Shown: positions 1-12,057, numbered from the stretch's first letter. The stretch: DNA of 64,000 bases from an uncultured Chlorobiota bacterium (GCA_947311255.1 CAMZKL010000016.1:30959-94958), one strand, 5' to 3'. Program-made: numbers and translations. The notes: generated by a model from the sequence alone, not told the origin.

Positions 1-3000
1 GTGTAGAATTTCTGCATTTTCAGGTGTACCGCTAAAAGTTTTAGTTTCGGAATTAAAATTTAACCAATTAGGCAACATACTTCCGTTTTCTAATTCTGCT
101 GAATATGTTAGTATATCTCCCAAATCAACATCTGCAAAAGTATTTTCTGGAATTAAATAAGTGTACAATTCAGTTGTATTAGTTTCCATATCCGGAATTT
201 CATTAAGAACAACAGGTGCATCATTTGTATTTATAACAGTGATTTTAAAATCCTGAGATGCAGATGCTCCCATTTTATCAAAAGCAGTTATTTTAACAAA
301 TATATCCCCAACATTATCATTTGTAGCAAGCCCGGTAAATTTTAATGTTTCACTATCAAAATGTAACCAACTAGGAATTTCTATACCTGAAATTAGTTTT
401 GCAGAATAATTTATAATTTCATCATTTGCATCATTTTCAGCAAAGATATTATTTGGAATTGTGAAATTAAAATTATTATCTTCAAAAACTTCTTTGTCTA
501 AAATTTGATTTATAACAACAGGTGCATTGTTTTTAAAGAAACGTAATTCAAATCTGTTTGCTGAAACACCTGCCACACAACTAAATGTGTAATTATTTAG
601 AGATTGCTGATTTAAGTAAATTTCAGTATTACTCTCATTATCAATAAAATAAACGCGAGTTTCTTTAAAATTAAAATCTTCTAAAGAAATAGAATAAGTT
701 CCTGCTTGTCCAATTTTAATATTTAAAGGAACAACAAGTCCATCCATTTCAGACTGTGCAAGTGCATTAATAGATAATGGAGTTTGATCATTTAATGTTA
801 AAGAATAAATATGAGGTACATTTGTTGATGTACTGTACAATTTAAAGGCATCAAAATTTTCGTCATAACCTTCTGTTGCATTTGATTTGAAATATATAAC
901 TGCATAATCATTAAAACCGTTAGCTTCCATTTTTAATTTTATAAAATTTGGTTTAAGATTTTCTTCTTTTGTTGATTTCAAATAATTTACAGAAGAATGT
1001 ACTCTGTGAGAATTTTGAAAAGTAAAGCCTGCATTATCAGCTGTTGCATGAACAAAAAATGCTTGCATTGGTGCAACTTCATTAGATAAATTACCACTTC
1101 CGGAACTTATTCCTCCTGCGTAACTTGCGTATTGATTTCCATCCCAAACGTAAATTCCATCATCTATATTTGTTCTTCCTACTTTTGCTAAGTCCCAATC
1201 AATAGCAGAAGGATATGGATTTGAAACTAAATGCCAACCATCATAGTAATTTGGAAGTGGACCTGCTTGTGCATCGTTTACTGTGTGCGTTAACCCATTT
1301 ATGTTTATATTTCCTGTATTAGGAGTTCCTGTAAACGTAATTAGTTGATTTTCAGTTGTGTAAAAAGCATAGCCTGTTTCAACTTCCATTGGGTCGTTTG
1401 TTACTTGGTTTGCATAGGCATGAGTCCAAGCACGAGCTAAACTGTCAGAATTAAATGGTCCGGCAGGTGATGTTAAAGGATTACCGTCAAGATCATAAGT
1501 TTCGTCATATACATAAAAATTTGGATTAAAATCACCCGAAGAATGAGATTGAGTAAATAAATCACTTCCTGCATTTCCTCCTAACTGAATAGGTGAGGAC
1601 AGGTAGTGAAATTTATTTGCAGATATATATCTTTCAGCTTGCATTGTTCCTGAGCCACTTATAGTTCCGTTATCAATAAATGAGGCAGAAGGTCCTTCTC
1701 CTGTGGGTGATTTTAAAATTAATGTACCATTAAGAGTGAAATTTCCTGTTGCTGTTAGACTTTTGTTAGCATTTATTGTTAGTGTTCTTCCAACTTGTAA
1801 ATCAATTGCCTTACAGAATGCAGCTATATCAATTGTTGGTTCATTTGTAACTCCTGAATTAGGAATAATTATATCATCTACTGCCGTAGGTACAACATTA
1901 TTGTTCCAGTTTGCAGGCAAATTCCATACAGCAGATACATCACCTTCCCAAGTTAATGTAACAGGAACATGATTTGTACTTAAAGTAAAGAAATTTCCTG
2001 TACCAAATTCATTAAATGATGTTGTGTTTGAATTTTGAGTTACAGTTCCACTTGTAGCATTTCCAACTATTGTATTTGTTGCATCAACTTCATTCCACGC
2101 ATTTGGTGTTCCTGTTTGCCATTCTGCAATTCTTATGTTAGCTCTGCTTGCAGCATCAGTTGTCATTGCACTAATTGCATCCCAACGAACTCTTACTTTT
2201 GCTGTTGCTACAACACTGCTTTCAACTCTCCAATATTCATTGTTGCTTACAACAGTTAGAGGTGCATTGAAAATGCTAGGGTCATATCCATCATTATTTG
2301 GGTTATGGTTGTAATATTGTGCTATCCAGTAATTTGAAACTGATGATCCTATTACTGAAACATTCCCATTACGATTATCATTTCCAACAGGGAAATTAAA
2401 ATGCTGTCCGGATGTTATGTTCTTACTTAAAGGACCGTCAACAAATTTGCCTGTGCCAGCTCCGGAAACAATGTTTTCTAAGGAATTTGTTAATTTTAAA
2501 ATATTAGTTGCATCAGTATGAATAACACCAGCATCAAAAGTTAATGTTTGTTCTATATCAGAAGGAATGTTCATGTCAATACCATTTGTATTATTAACAA
2601 TAAAATGGTTGAAAGAATTTGCTCCTGTAAATCCACCAGTTCCTGACATTGTTTGCATACCTGATGTTCCATTAAGCTCGACAATTGAACTTGCACCAGT
2701 TCCAGCATCAAATAGTCCTGAGTTATATACAATATTCTTGTGAATTTCTAATTTTCTGTCAAATTCATTAACTACTTTAAGGGTAGCAGCTCCATCTATT
2801 GAGAAATTTCCAAGAACAATTAAATCAAGGTTTGGTAATTCTCTCTTGTTTGTTCCACTAAAAACTAAATTGTTTACTTGTGGAATATTACTTAAAACGC
2901 TGTAATTATTAGAACCTCCAAATTCAAGTGTTCCTCCTGTTTCTGCAAGGAATGCTTCATAAAAACCACCAGGTAATGTTCCTCTTTCAGAATATAAAGT

Positions 3001-4767
3001 TCCTGTTCCTGAAATATTTCCTACTCTGTTTGCAAAAGTAGTTCCAACATCTAATGTTCCTAATATTTCTGATGAATATGCATTAATAAAATTAGCTGAA
3101 GTTTGAACTCTGTCTCCTACCAAAATTCTTACTCTTGAACCTCTTGGTATGTCAGGTAAACCTAATGTTGCAGGTAAAACCCATGTTCCGGTTCCATCGT
3201 CAACTCTCCAAGTACTTGCAGTATTCCAATCCATTAAACCGCCGGTACCATTTGATTGATATAAAGCAACATTGTCCGGTATTGCATCATTTATTCCGGC
3301 AATATAATCTCCGTTAAAATCTGCATCTGAGGCATTGCTAAAATCAAATATTAATTTTTGATTTGTTTCATCAAATTTACTTACATCGCCGTATTTTGTC
3401 CAATCTCCGGAGCCGTTTGCCAAAAGTTTTGCTGTTATATAATCAAAAACAGTATATGGTGCTGTAACTTCAACATCATCAGCATTATAAAAGAACTCAA
3501 CAGTACCTGTTCCGTCTGTAAAATTTTCAGATTTAAGAACCCAATAATATTGTAAAACATTATCTGCATCAACAATTGAAGGAACTTCTGAGTCTTCTAT
3601 AATGGAAGGATGAATTTCGTCTGCGGGTTTGGCAATAATAAATCCGGTAGAACTTGTATTTTGTGTAAGAGTTACTAAAACAGGTGTATATTTGTTTGCA
3701 GCACCGCTTACTGAACCTACAGGATATGTAAATGTTATTGCTCCAGATGGAAAAAACTTTTTAACACCATAATCTGAAAAAGATACATTTGTTCCTATCA
3801 TATTATTAACTCCAAAAGGATTTGCTTCTTGAATTATGCAATTTATTCCAAGAGTTAAAATGTTTCCTCCAATGTTTAAAACCCCGGCTTCTAATTTAAG
3901 ATAATCTTTTATAAAAGGAGTATTTCCAACCGGAAGAACTACGTTATTTCCATTGTTTATAGTTAATTTTCCGAATGTACCGCTTCCTGTTAAAGTTTGT
4001 TCGGAAGTTCCTAACATTGAAATTCCGTCTTCAATTCCTGTTCCTCCATATACATGAACTGCATTATTATTTAAGTTTCCTAAAACATGAATTTCGTTCG
4101 CATTATCATTTAAAGTTCCGGTTTCAAGATTAAGAATATTTTCAACAATTAAATCTGTTGATGTTCCGGAATTTAAACTTAATATTTGTGTGTTTTTATT
4201 TGTTAAATTCCAAAAAGTTGTATTCCCTGTAATTTGTTGGTTTGTAGCGGATTTAAAATAAGTAGTATTTCCGTTTGCAGTAAATGTTCCTGCATTTGTA
4301 AAGTCTCCGTAGCAATTTAAATCAAGCGTGTTTGCATTAAATTCTGTTCCTGCTTCAATTGATAATTCTCCATCAAGATTAAGCGGAATAGTCCACATTT
4401 TAGCTTTTGGGCTGTTATGAGAATTAAGTGTTAAGTTTTGAAGATGAATTGTTGAATAAATTCCAAATTCTTGATTAACATCTGTATTTCCATTCCCAAG
4501 AGTAATTGTTGTTCCGGAACTTAAATTACTTGTTGCAGGGTCAAGATATAAACTTGCAAAAGTAGGGTTAGTTTGTTGACTTACAATTGTTAAACTTCCA
4601 GCAGTGTGTGTAAAATTACTTCCTGTATTTAGAATTTCAAAAACTCCTCTGTTCCCTTCGGGAGCAGAATTTTTACCAACTACAACTGTTCCGCCTGTTT
4701 GGATGTAATTTAATATGCCGGAAGTTGAGTTTAAACCTCTTCTGATTTGAGACCCAACTGTTAGAAC
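1..4767 (-). CDS. In-frame C-terminal continuation of the giant surface protein (>1589 codons, runs off the left edge), ending in cadherin-like/He_PIG Ig domains
   Basis: Manual translation in the same frame stays open: VLTVGSQIRRGLNSTSG...GWHLVSNPYPSAIDW...APMQAFFV...NNAPVVINQILD...PSWLHFDSETLKFTG...NDAPVVLNEIPD...TFADVDLGDILTYSA...LPNWLNFNSETKTFSGTP; absent from the ORF track because no stop lies inside the window. Confidence 0.85.
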
Positions 4768-7700
4768 TCAACTTGAAATTTCTAGTGTTGCATTTCCAGA
4801 TGATGAATATTGAATATAGTTATTTCCGTTATTTGCATTGTCGTCCATATTTACAGCACCTCCTGATATGAGTAATTTTCCATCAAGAAGAATACCTGTA
4901 TCATCTCCCGAAGCATTTACTTGTCCTGCTCTAATTTCTAGTGCTGCTTCGACAGGGATTTCAAAATTGTCATCGCCGGTTGTGAGGTCTATATTTATAG
5001 CTGCGTTATTAAGAATAAGTGTACCATTCTTCATTTCGAGTGCTTTTTTAACTCCTGCACCAAGAGTTGGTCCATTAAGGTTAAAGTCATTTTGAAAAGT
5101 GAAAGTATTTGTTTGGTTAGTACCTTTATTCATTTCAATACGATACAAATCCATAATTGTCCCACCTGTATTTGTGTATGTATTGTTTGTTTCGCCATCT
5201 AATTCAAGGATTACACTAGTTCTATCTGTTGCTGTGAAAAGGTCTATATTATCTTCATTTATAATAATATCTCCTCCAACTATGAATCTGTGTTCTAATG
5301 TGCTTGCAACTCCCGGGTCATCCACCATTATAGGGTCAGAAATAACCACATTCCCTTTTACAGTAACTGTTACAGGACTTCCAGTAGCCGGGAAATGAAA
5401 ATTACCTCTATTTGCTTGCCAATCTTGGTCTGTTATTCTTAAATTCCTTTTAATTAGAATATCATCTGCTGCAATAATATCGTAACAGTGATAGCCTGAA
5501 ACTAAATCATAATTGATTACAAGGTTTGCTTGATCAATTGTATAATGTGCTGATTCAAAAAATACAGAAGGAGCTGGTTGAGGGATATTATTCATAGTGT
5601 AAGAAGAACCTCCTGAAGTTGTAAAAATTAGATATCTGGAACTGCTGTGAGAAGCAAAATCTCCAAAATCTCCACTAACTACCGGACTTACATGCCTATT
5701 GAATGAAATTGTCCCGGTACCTTTTACTACACCAATATCATAAGGTACTGTATTTACGTAAAATTGTACTCGCGAGCCAGCATTTGTAAGGTTTACCTCA
5801 GCTGGATTTTGTGAACTTGGTTGTGCTGTCCCTGCATTTGTATTATCAACATCCATAATATCACCAGCACTAATAATGACAATACTTCCTGCTGTGGGCA
5901 CTTGGTTTTCTACCCAATCAGCAGCAGTAGTCCACCTTCCACGATTAGGGGGATTTTTTGTATGAGCATTTGAGTGAAAAATTGCAACAGTACCGGTAAA
6001 CCTTGCAGTTACTCCCGCAGTATAGTTTGCTTTTTCAAGAGTAAAACCTGTATCAGTTTGCCCGTTAAATGTAATTCTGTTATTTCCTGCATTTACACCT
6101 TCATTTTCAGGAACTGTTTCATCTTCATAGCTTCTTGTATAAGGATTCTCATCTAAAACTTTCCCTGCCACATAATTTGTTTCTGTTCCTACAATATCAG
6201 AATCATCATAATCAAACTGAACAGAAGTAACAGTTGGTAGTGTAGTAAAATCACTATAGCCAACTCTCCAATAATAATCAAGCAAATCGCCACTTCCTAA
6301 ATTTGTTGTTTGAAGTTCGCCGTCAACAGGTCTTATTGTTATGTATCCGTCATCTGAAAAGTTGCTTACTATTACTCTAGCAGGAGTGTATCTGTTTGAA
6401 GTAGTTCTAGTTCCAAGAGGAAATGTATATGTCCCGTTTGCAGTTGTTAATATTGATATGCCGCCGTCAGAATGATTTCCGTCAGAATATATCATTCTAT
6501 TAACATTTGCTTGATTACGTGTAAGATTGTTAGGAGTAGAATTGAGATGTAAATAATCAACTTTAAGATTATAGGATGCTATATTATATAAACCCTGAAA
6601 AAATCCTATTCTTTTTATATAAATATCACTTGTAAAAGTAATAGTTCCTGTAGAGTTGAATTTTATATTTCCAAATAAAGCCCCATTTTCAGATAGAACT
6701 GTTAAATCTCCGTCTCTGAACATTACATATGCTGTTCTTGGAGTTGTTCCATGCGTATAAAAACCCAATTCACCAATTTTAGAAACAAAAACTCCTTGAA
6801 AAAGTCTAACGGATTGTCTTCCTTGGTCAAGAATTCCGCTTTCAATTCTGCAATCATTTACAACATGAACCAAACGATTGTGCCACTCAGCACCTACCAC
6901 ATTAGGGTCTTTGTTCGGATCTCCCATAACAGTTATTCTTGTCCCTTGTGATTTGTTCACTGTAAAGTTGTAGAAATATTGCTCATATCCGTCATCTGTA
7001 TTATGCCCGATATATAATTCTCCATCTTCTGCTCCGTTGAAAATAGTTGTATTTGTTCCGTAAACATAAGAGGCCCCTTCTTCAATAGAAAAGTTTCGTC
7101 CTACTGTTAAGTTTTCATTGTTAGTAATAAAATCATTAATTGATGCCTCTAATGTTAAATCGTTTAATACAACAAGTGGTTGTGCCGCTAAATCGGCATC
7201 AGAATTTCCGTTAATATTTGTTCCTGCATCTAAAACATGGTCAGCTGAATTGCCGGCAGTATTTCTCATAATTAAATTATAAAAAGGTGCCGTCGAAGTA
7301 ATTTTGAAATTATTTGTAGTTCCTGCAATCTCGGCAATTACTGTTCCGCCTGTTATATTTATATTTGAAGCATCAGAGCCTATAAAAATACCTCCTGAAT
7401 TAGAATCCGAACCATTTGCATCATATATATGTAATGTTCCTCCTGACATATTAAATACATTGCCAGGATAAGTCATTGAAAAGTGATAATAATTACCATT
7501 AGTATTTGTCGGATTAATTATATTTGCACTACCTCCTGATTGAATATAACTTCCTACATGAGAAGCACCTAGAACTGATGTTCTTATTTGATTTGCAGTT
7601 AATGTGCCACCTTCAACTTGTACTGAACCTGCACCTCTTAAAGTAAATCCTTGCGGAACAAGAGCTTCAAAAGTTCCTGCTGTAATTTTAGCAACACCAT

Positions 7701-10098
7701 AAGGTACAATTGCATTGGAAGGTGAACTTGTTGATACTGTACCGCCGTCAACCCAAAGCATCGCAGCCTCTGAAATATTGTAATTACCGTTTCTGTTTAA
7801 ATGTGGAATTTCAACATTGTTTCTAATACGAACAGTACCTCTTAATAAACCTAAAGCATTATTATTTGAAGCTAGTTGGGCAAGTCCGCTATGAGCCTGG
7901 TGTGCATATCCAAAAAGTTTAAAATTAGCTGTTGAACTTGCAGAGATTGATAATTCATAGGTCATATCAGTACCTTTATCTATTTCAATTCTGTAAAAAT
8001 TAGTTATTCCGTTGCAAAGTACTGTTTGATTAGAGTTGTTACTTAAAAAGTTAGCATCTACAATACCGTTTGTTGCTTCTCCATCGTAATATGCGGAAAC
8101 TAAAGGTAAAGTCCTGTTTGTAAACTTAACAGTACCGTTGTTAGTAAAATTTCCATATATATTAAATTGATGCCTTGCATTTGCTGTGCCAGTTAAAATT
8201 TGACCAGTATTTTCAATAAAAACGTTTCCTTTAACAGTTAAATTTAAGTTTGTTGTTGATGCGTTGTCATTAATTTGGAAATTTCCTGTCTCAATAACTA
8301 ATTTTCCGTTAATTGTATAGTCTGCAAGTTGTGTTATTGTATTTCCTGGTGCTGATAAATCAACTTCCATATTGAAAAAAGTATGAGCAGTTGCTAAGTT
8401 GTATGAACCACCTTGCCATACAACAGTACCTTCTCCTTGTCCTGCTGAAACGAAATGGGTTGCATCTCCCAAAGGGAAATTATCGCTTGCAAGTCTTATT
8501 CTTCCACTTCCATTTATTTTTGTAAAATTGTGTCCTGTTGTTGTTCCTATATCTAAAATTCCATCCACAACAATATCTGCAACAATTTTATTGTTTGTTG
8601 TAATTGTAATGGTTTTACCGGTGTGAATAATGACTTTATCTCCTGAAAGTGGAATTTCATTAGCAGGATTGTTTGGCAATGAACCTGATGGGTCTAATGT
8701 CCAAAAAGTTGGAGTGTCCCAGTCTCCACTTGCAAGAGCATACCACGTTCTTCCTGCAACGCCTTCTATTGGACTGTTTGTTTGATTGTCAGTTCCTATG
8801 GTATAATAACCATCTGATAAGTTTGCATTTGCGATATTAAAAAAAACTTGGTCAGCATCTAAAGTTCCTTGCGATGCTACTGTAACTTTTGAATATGCAC
8901 CTGTTGTGGCAGCTCTGTATAGTAGCACATAGTTTGCCACATTTGCAGGATATTCTCCGTCTGTTAGTGCTTCTTTAAAATCAAATATAAGTTTAGCATC
9001 TATTCCATCAGTTGAGTTTTTTTTAATATACCACTGTCTTGCCCATGATGCTTGTGTACTTGCGGGTAAATCTCCTCCAGTATAAGTTGTTGTTGAATTA
9101 TTTGTTGTATTAGAATGTCCCAACATAAGATATTCTCCATTTGCAAGGGATGAATTCCATTCGTAAAGATATAATCCTCCGGAAGAAGTTTGAGTATGAT
9201 TTCCATCTGCTTCTTGTCCAATACCTGCTATGTTATGCACATAAGAAGCATTGTTTCCTGTATATTTATCATTAGCAGGTGTTGCAAAAGCAAGATTATA
9301 TTTTTCGCTTAGGTAATTTTCAACAATTAGTCTTTGTGCTGAATTTAAGAATGAGTTATACATAATTATTTCGGCAATTTCTCCTTGGAATGCTTGATTT
9401 GGAGCAAATGGTGCTCCGGTTCCGGAATTATCTTGTTCACCTCCAATAGCCAATCTTCCTCCTGAGGGAATAGAACCAGTCCTTGTTCCTGTATGTATTT
9501 GATTGCCATCTCTGTAATAAATAATATTACCTCCGCTACTTTTCCATTTGTGAGACATTATTTGCCAACTCCCCGAGTTATAGTCAGGTTCACCTGCAGG
9601 AGGATTATAAACTCCTCCATTTATAAATGTCATCATATTATTGTTATCATATAACAGAAAAGCATTATCAACAGTTGAAGTATTATATGAAATAAGTCCA
9701 TCTCCAGAATCTGTAGTTTTATAAATCACAAAATTTGTTATTCCTGATGTTGGCATATCATTAAAAGGATCTATAACTATTCTGTTATTTACTTTTGAAA
9801 ATTCTGCTCTTGGATGTCCATTAATATTTCCAGCATTATCTCTAAAAATTGGTGTAAACCCAGAAGTTAATTGAGTTAGGTTATTTCCATTTCCTGAAAC
9901 ATCATTCCAAGTTGCGAGGTCATTTCCATTTGTATAAGCCAATGTGCTAGCATCAAGCCAAAGTACATTTTTAGGTTGGCCAGCAGAACCATCAGTACTG
10001 CCAACACCACCTGGTCCTGTTTGAGAATAAAGATTTAAACTTAAAAAACTAATTAAAAGAAAGATAAAAGTTTTTTTAGGTTTTAGATTAATTTTCAT
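4768..10098 (-). CDS. Giant secreted surface protein/adhesin, N-terminal 1776 aa (signal peptide, LamG/pentraxin-like domain, long Gly/Asn/Thr-rich beta-repeat region); ends at an in-frame TGA but the frame continues
   Basis: Signal peptide MKINLKPKKTFIFLLISFLSLNLYSQ; LWLDAS...WNDVSGNGNN...FQGEIAEIIMYN...IVENYLSEKY LamG-like pattern; repeated W-x-W-x-P-x-D-x-VII motifs; read-through gives ...LEISS*VLTVGSQIRR. Confidence 0.85.
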   Translation of the reverse strand: MKINLKPKKTFIFLLISFLSLNLYSQTGPGGVGSTDGSAGQPKNVLWLDASTLAYTNGNDLATWNDVSGNGNNLTQLTSGFTPIFRDNAGNINGHPRAEFSKVNNRIVIDPFNDMPTSGITNFVIYKTTDSGDGLISYNTSTVDNAFLLYDNNNMMTFINGGVYNPPAGEPDYNSGSWQIMSHKWKSSGGNIIYYRDGNQIHTGTRTGSIPSGGRLAIGGEQDNSGTGAPFAPNQAFQGEIAEIIMYNSFLNSAQRLIVENYLSEKYNLAFATPANDKYTGNNASYVHNIAGIGQEADGNHTQTSSGGLYLYEWNSSLANGEYLMLGHSNTTNNSTTTYTGGDLPASTQASWARQWYIKKNSTDGIDAKLIFDFKEALTDGEYPANVANYVLLYRAATTGAYSKVTVASQGTLDADQVFFNIANANLSDGYYTIGTDNQTNSPIEGVAGRTWYALASGDWDTPTFWTLDPSGSLPNNPANEIPLSGDKVIIHTGKTITITTNNKIVADIVVDGILDIGTTTGHNFTKINGSGRIRLASDNFPLGDATHFVSAGQGEGTVVWQGGSYNLATAHTFFNMEVDLSAPGNTITQLADYTINGKLVIETGNFQINDNASTTNLNLTVKGNVFIENTGQILTGTANARHQFNIYGNFTNNGTVKFTNRTLPLVSAYYDGEATNGIVDANFLSNNSNQTVLCNGITNFYRIEIDKGTDMTYELSISASSTANFKLFGYAHQAHSGLAQLASNNNALGLLRGTVRIRNNVEIPHLNRNGNYNISEAAMLWVDGGTVSTSSPSNAIVPYGVAKITAGTFEALVPQGFTLRGAGSVQVEGGTLTANQIRTSVLGASHVGSYIQSGGSANIINPTNTNGNYYHFSMTYPGNVFNMSGGTLHIYDANGSDSNSGGIFIGSDASNINITGGTVIAEIAGTTNNFKITSTAPFYNLIMRNTAGNSADHVLDAGTNINGNSDADLAAQPLVVLNDLTLEASINDFITNNENLTVGRNFSIEEGASYVYGTNTTIFNGAEDGELYIGHNTDDGYEQYFYNFTVNKSQGTRITVMGDPNKDPNVVGAEWHNRLVHVVNDCRIESGILDQGRQSVRLFQGVFVSKIGELGFYTHGTTPRTAYVMFRDGDLTVLSENGALFGNIKFNSTGTITFTSDIYIKRIGFFQGLYNIASYNLKVDYLHLNSTPNNLTRNQANVNRMIYSDGNHSDGGISILTTANGTYTFPLGTRTTSNRYTPARVIVSNFSDDGYITIRPVDGELQTTNLGSGDLLDYYWRVGYSDFTTLPTVTSVQFDYDDSDIVGTETNYVAGKVLDENPYTRSYEDETVPENEGVNAGNNRITFNGQTDTGFTLEKANYTAGVTARFTGTVAIFHSNAHTKNPPNRGRWTTAADWVENQVPTAGSIVIISAGDIMDVDNTNAGTAQPSSQNPAEVNLTNAGSRVQFYVNTVPYDIGVVKGTGTISFNRHVSPVVSGDFGDFASHSSSRYLIFTTSGGSSYTMNNIPQPAPSVFFESAHYTIDQANLVINYDLVSGYHCYDIIAADDILIKRNLRITDQDWQANRGNFHFPATGSPVTVTVKGNVVISDPIMVDDPGVASTLEHRFIVGGDIIINEDNIDLFTATDRTSVILELDGETNNTYTNTGGTIMDLYRIEMNKGTNQTNTFTFQNDFNLNGPTLGAGVKKALEMKNGTLILNNAAINIDLTTGDDNFEIPVEAALEIRAGQVNASGDDTGILLDGKLLISGGAVNMDDNANNGNNYIQYSSSGNATLEISS

Positions 10099-10158
10099 AT
10101 TTATAGATTTAATTGGTTAATATTATCTTTTAGTTTTATAAAAGAATATGATATATAC

Positions 10159-10175
10159 TTCAAGTTCTGTGCCAA
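10159..10175 (-). promoter_or_regulatory. Putative sigma54 (RpoN) -24/-12 promoter for the giant surface protein gene
   Basis: Minus strand reads TTGGCACAGAACTTGAA = TGGCAC-N5-TTGA versus consensus TGGCAC-N5-TTGC, about 60 nt upstream of the start codon. Confidence 0.55.
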
Positions 10176-10391
10176 AGGGGAATGTTTTAGGTAAACATAA
10201 GGTTAACAGATATTTTAAGTGATAGAGTTTATTTCAAATATTATATGATAGTACAGTTTTTTAGATAAAAGGTTGCATTATTTTGACGAAAGGATAGTTT
10301 TATTACATAAATAGAGTGAATTAATGTCTTCAATTATTTTTGCAGTAATAAAAATAATAACTTAGGAGTGCAATTTTTAATGGTAATTTAT

Positions 10392-10399
10392 TATTTTTG
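10392..10399 (+). promoter_or_regulatory. Bacteroidota primary-sigma -7 element upstream of iorA
   Basis: TATTTTTG matches TAnnTTTG; no clear -33 TTTG. Confidence 0.4.
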
Positions 10400-10446
10400 C
10401 GAAAGTGGTAAGAATATAAATTTACGTATATAAAATACTAAAAAAA

Positions 10447-12057
10447 ATGGATAAATTACTTTTATTAGGAGACGAAGCAATTGCACAAGCTGCAATTGAT
10501 GGCGGATTATCTGGTGTATATGCATATCCGGGTACTCCCTCAACAGAAATTACAGAATATATTCAAAAGAATAAATACGCAAAAGAAAAAGGAATTCATA
10601 GCGAATGGTCAGCAAATGAAAAAACTGCTATGGAATCTGCAATTGGGATGTCTTATGCTGGAAAACGAGCAATGGTTTGCATGAAACATGTAGGATTAAA
10701 CGTTGCTGCTGATGCTTTTATGAATTCATCAATAACTGGTGTTAATGGAGGACTTTTAGTTGTTGTTGCAGATGACCCTTCAATGCATTCATCTCAAAAT
10801 GAGCAAGATTCTCGTTATTTTGCTGATTTTGCTTTGATGCCAATATTAGAACCTTCAAATCAACAGGAAGCATATGATATGATTTATGATGGGTTTGAAT
10901 TATCTGAAAAGTTTAATACCCCAATCTTAGTTAGAATTACTACAAGGCTTGCACATTCAAGAGCTGGGATTTCTAGAAAAGGAGTAAAGAAAGAAAATGA
11001 AAATTCATTGCCCTCTGACCCTAAGCAATTCATTTTACTTCCATCAATTGCAAGAAAAAATTATAAAGTTCTTATAGGAAATCAAGTTCATTTTGAAAAA
11101 GCATCAGAAGAATCTAAGTATAATCGATATTTTGAAGGAAAAGATAAATCATTAGGAATTATTGCTGCCGGAATTTCATACAATTATCTTATTGAAAATT
11201 ATGAAGATGGCAAAGCACCCTTTCCTGTATTAAAAATCAGTCAGTATCCTTTACCTTCTGATATGATAAGGAAAATTTATGATGAATGTAAAGAAATTTT
11301 AGTGTTAGAAGAGGGTTATCCTTTTATTGAAAATAAATTAACCGGTGTATTGGGCGATAAAAAAATAAAAGGGCGTTTAACAGGAGATTTACCTAGGGAT
11401 GGAGAGCTTAATCCAAACCATGTTGCAGTTGCATTGGGATTAGAAGAGATAAAAAATGATGTTATTCCAGAAGTTTTAGAAGCTAGACCACCAGTATTAT
11501 GCCCTGGTTGCGGACATACTGACGTTTTTAATGCATTGAATGAGGTTATGGCGGATTATGGATCAGGGAAGGTATTTTCTGATATTGGTTGCTATACTCT
11601 TGCAGCATTACCACCTTTGAATGCAATTAATACCTGTGTTGATATGGGAGCTTCAATTACAATGGCAAAAGGTGCAGCAGATGCAGGGATGAAAAATGTT
11701 GTTGCTTTTATTGGAGATTCAACTTTTACTCATTCGGGTATGACAGGATTATTAGATTGTGTTTATGAAAAAAGCCCTGTAACAATTATAATTTCTGATA
11801 ATGACACAACTGGAATGACTGGCGGGCAAGCATCCCATGCCGAACATGTTTTACATCAAATATGTAAAGGTTTAGGGGTTGAAGAGGAACATATAAGAAG
11901 TTTTATTCCTTTAAGAAAAAATCACAATGAAGCTCTTGAAATTTTAAGAGAAGAAATTGAGTATGAAGGAGTTTCTGTAATTATTCCTCACAGAGAATGT
12001 GTAAGAACTTTGGAAAGAAAACATAAAATTAAAGCTAAAATTAAGAAAATGAAGTAA
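10447..12057 (+). CDS. iorA: Indolepyruvate:ferredoxin oxidoreductase alpha subunit
   Basis: LLGDEAIA, AYPGTPSTEI, MKHVGLNVAAD, DDPSMHSSQNEQDSR, RPPVLCPGCGH, SDIGCY and TPP motif IGDSTFTHSG. Confidence 0.95.
   Translation: MDKLLLLGDEAIAQAAIDGGLSGVYAYPGTPSTEITEYIQKNKYAKEKGIHSEWSANEKTAMESAIGMSYAGKRAMVCMKHVGLNVAADAFMNSSITGVNGGLLVVVADDPSMHSSQNEQDSRYFADFALMPILEPSNQQEAYDMIYDGFELSEKFNTPILVRITTRLAHSRAGISRKGVKKENENSLPSDPKQFILLPSIARKNYKVLIGNQVHFEKASEESKYNRYFEGKDKSLGIIAAGISYNYLIENYEDGKAPFPVLKISQYPLPSDMIRKIYDECKEILVLEEGYPFIENKLTGVLGDKKIKGRLTGDLPRDGELNPNHVAVALGLEEIKNDVIPEVLEARPPVLCPGCGHTDVFNALNEVMADYGSGKVFSDIGCYTLAALPPLNAINTCVDMGASITMAKGAADAGMKNVVAFIGDSTFTHSGMTGLLDCVYEKSPVTIIISDNDTTGMTGGQASHAEHVLHQICKGLGVEEEHIRSFIPLRKNHNEALEILREEIEYEGVSVIIPHRECVRTLERKHKIKAKIKKMK

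Noticed and set aside
4740-4770. Selenocysteine at the in-frame TGA codons
   Set aside because: The positions correspond to Gly or Trp in structural repeats rather than Cys or redox motifs, and no SECIS-like hairpin is evident downstream.
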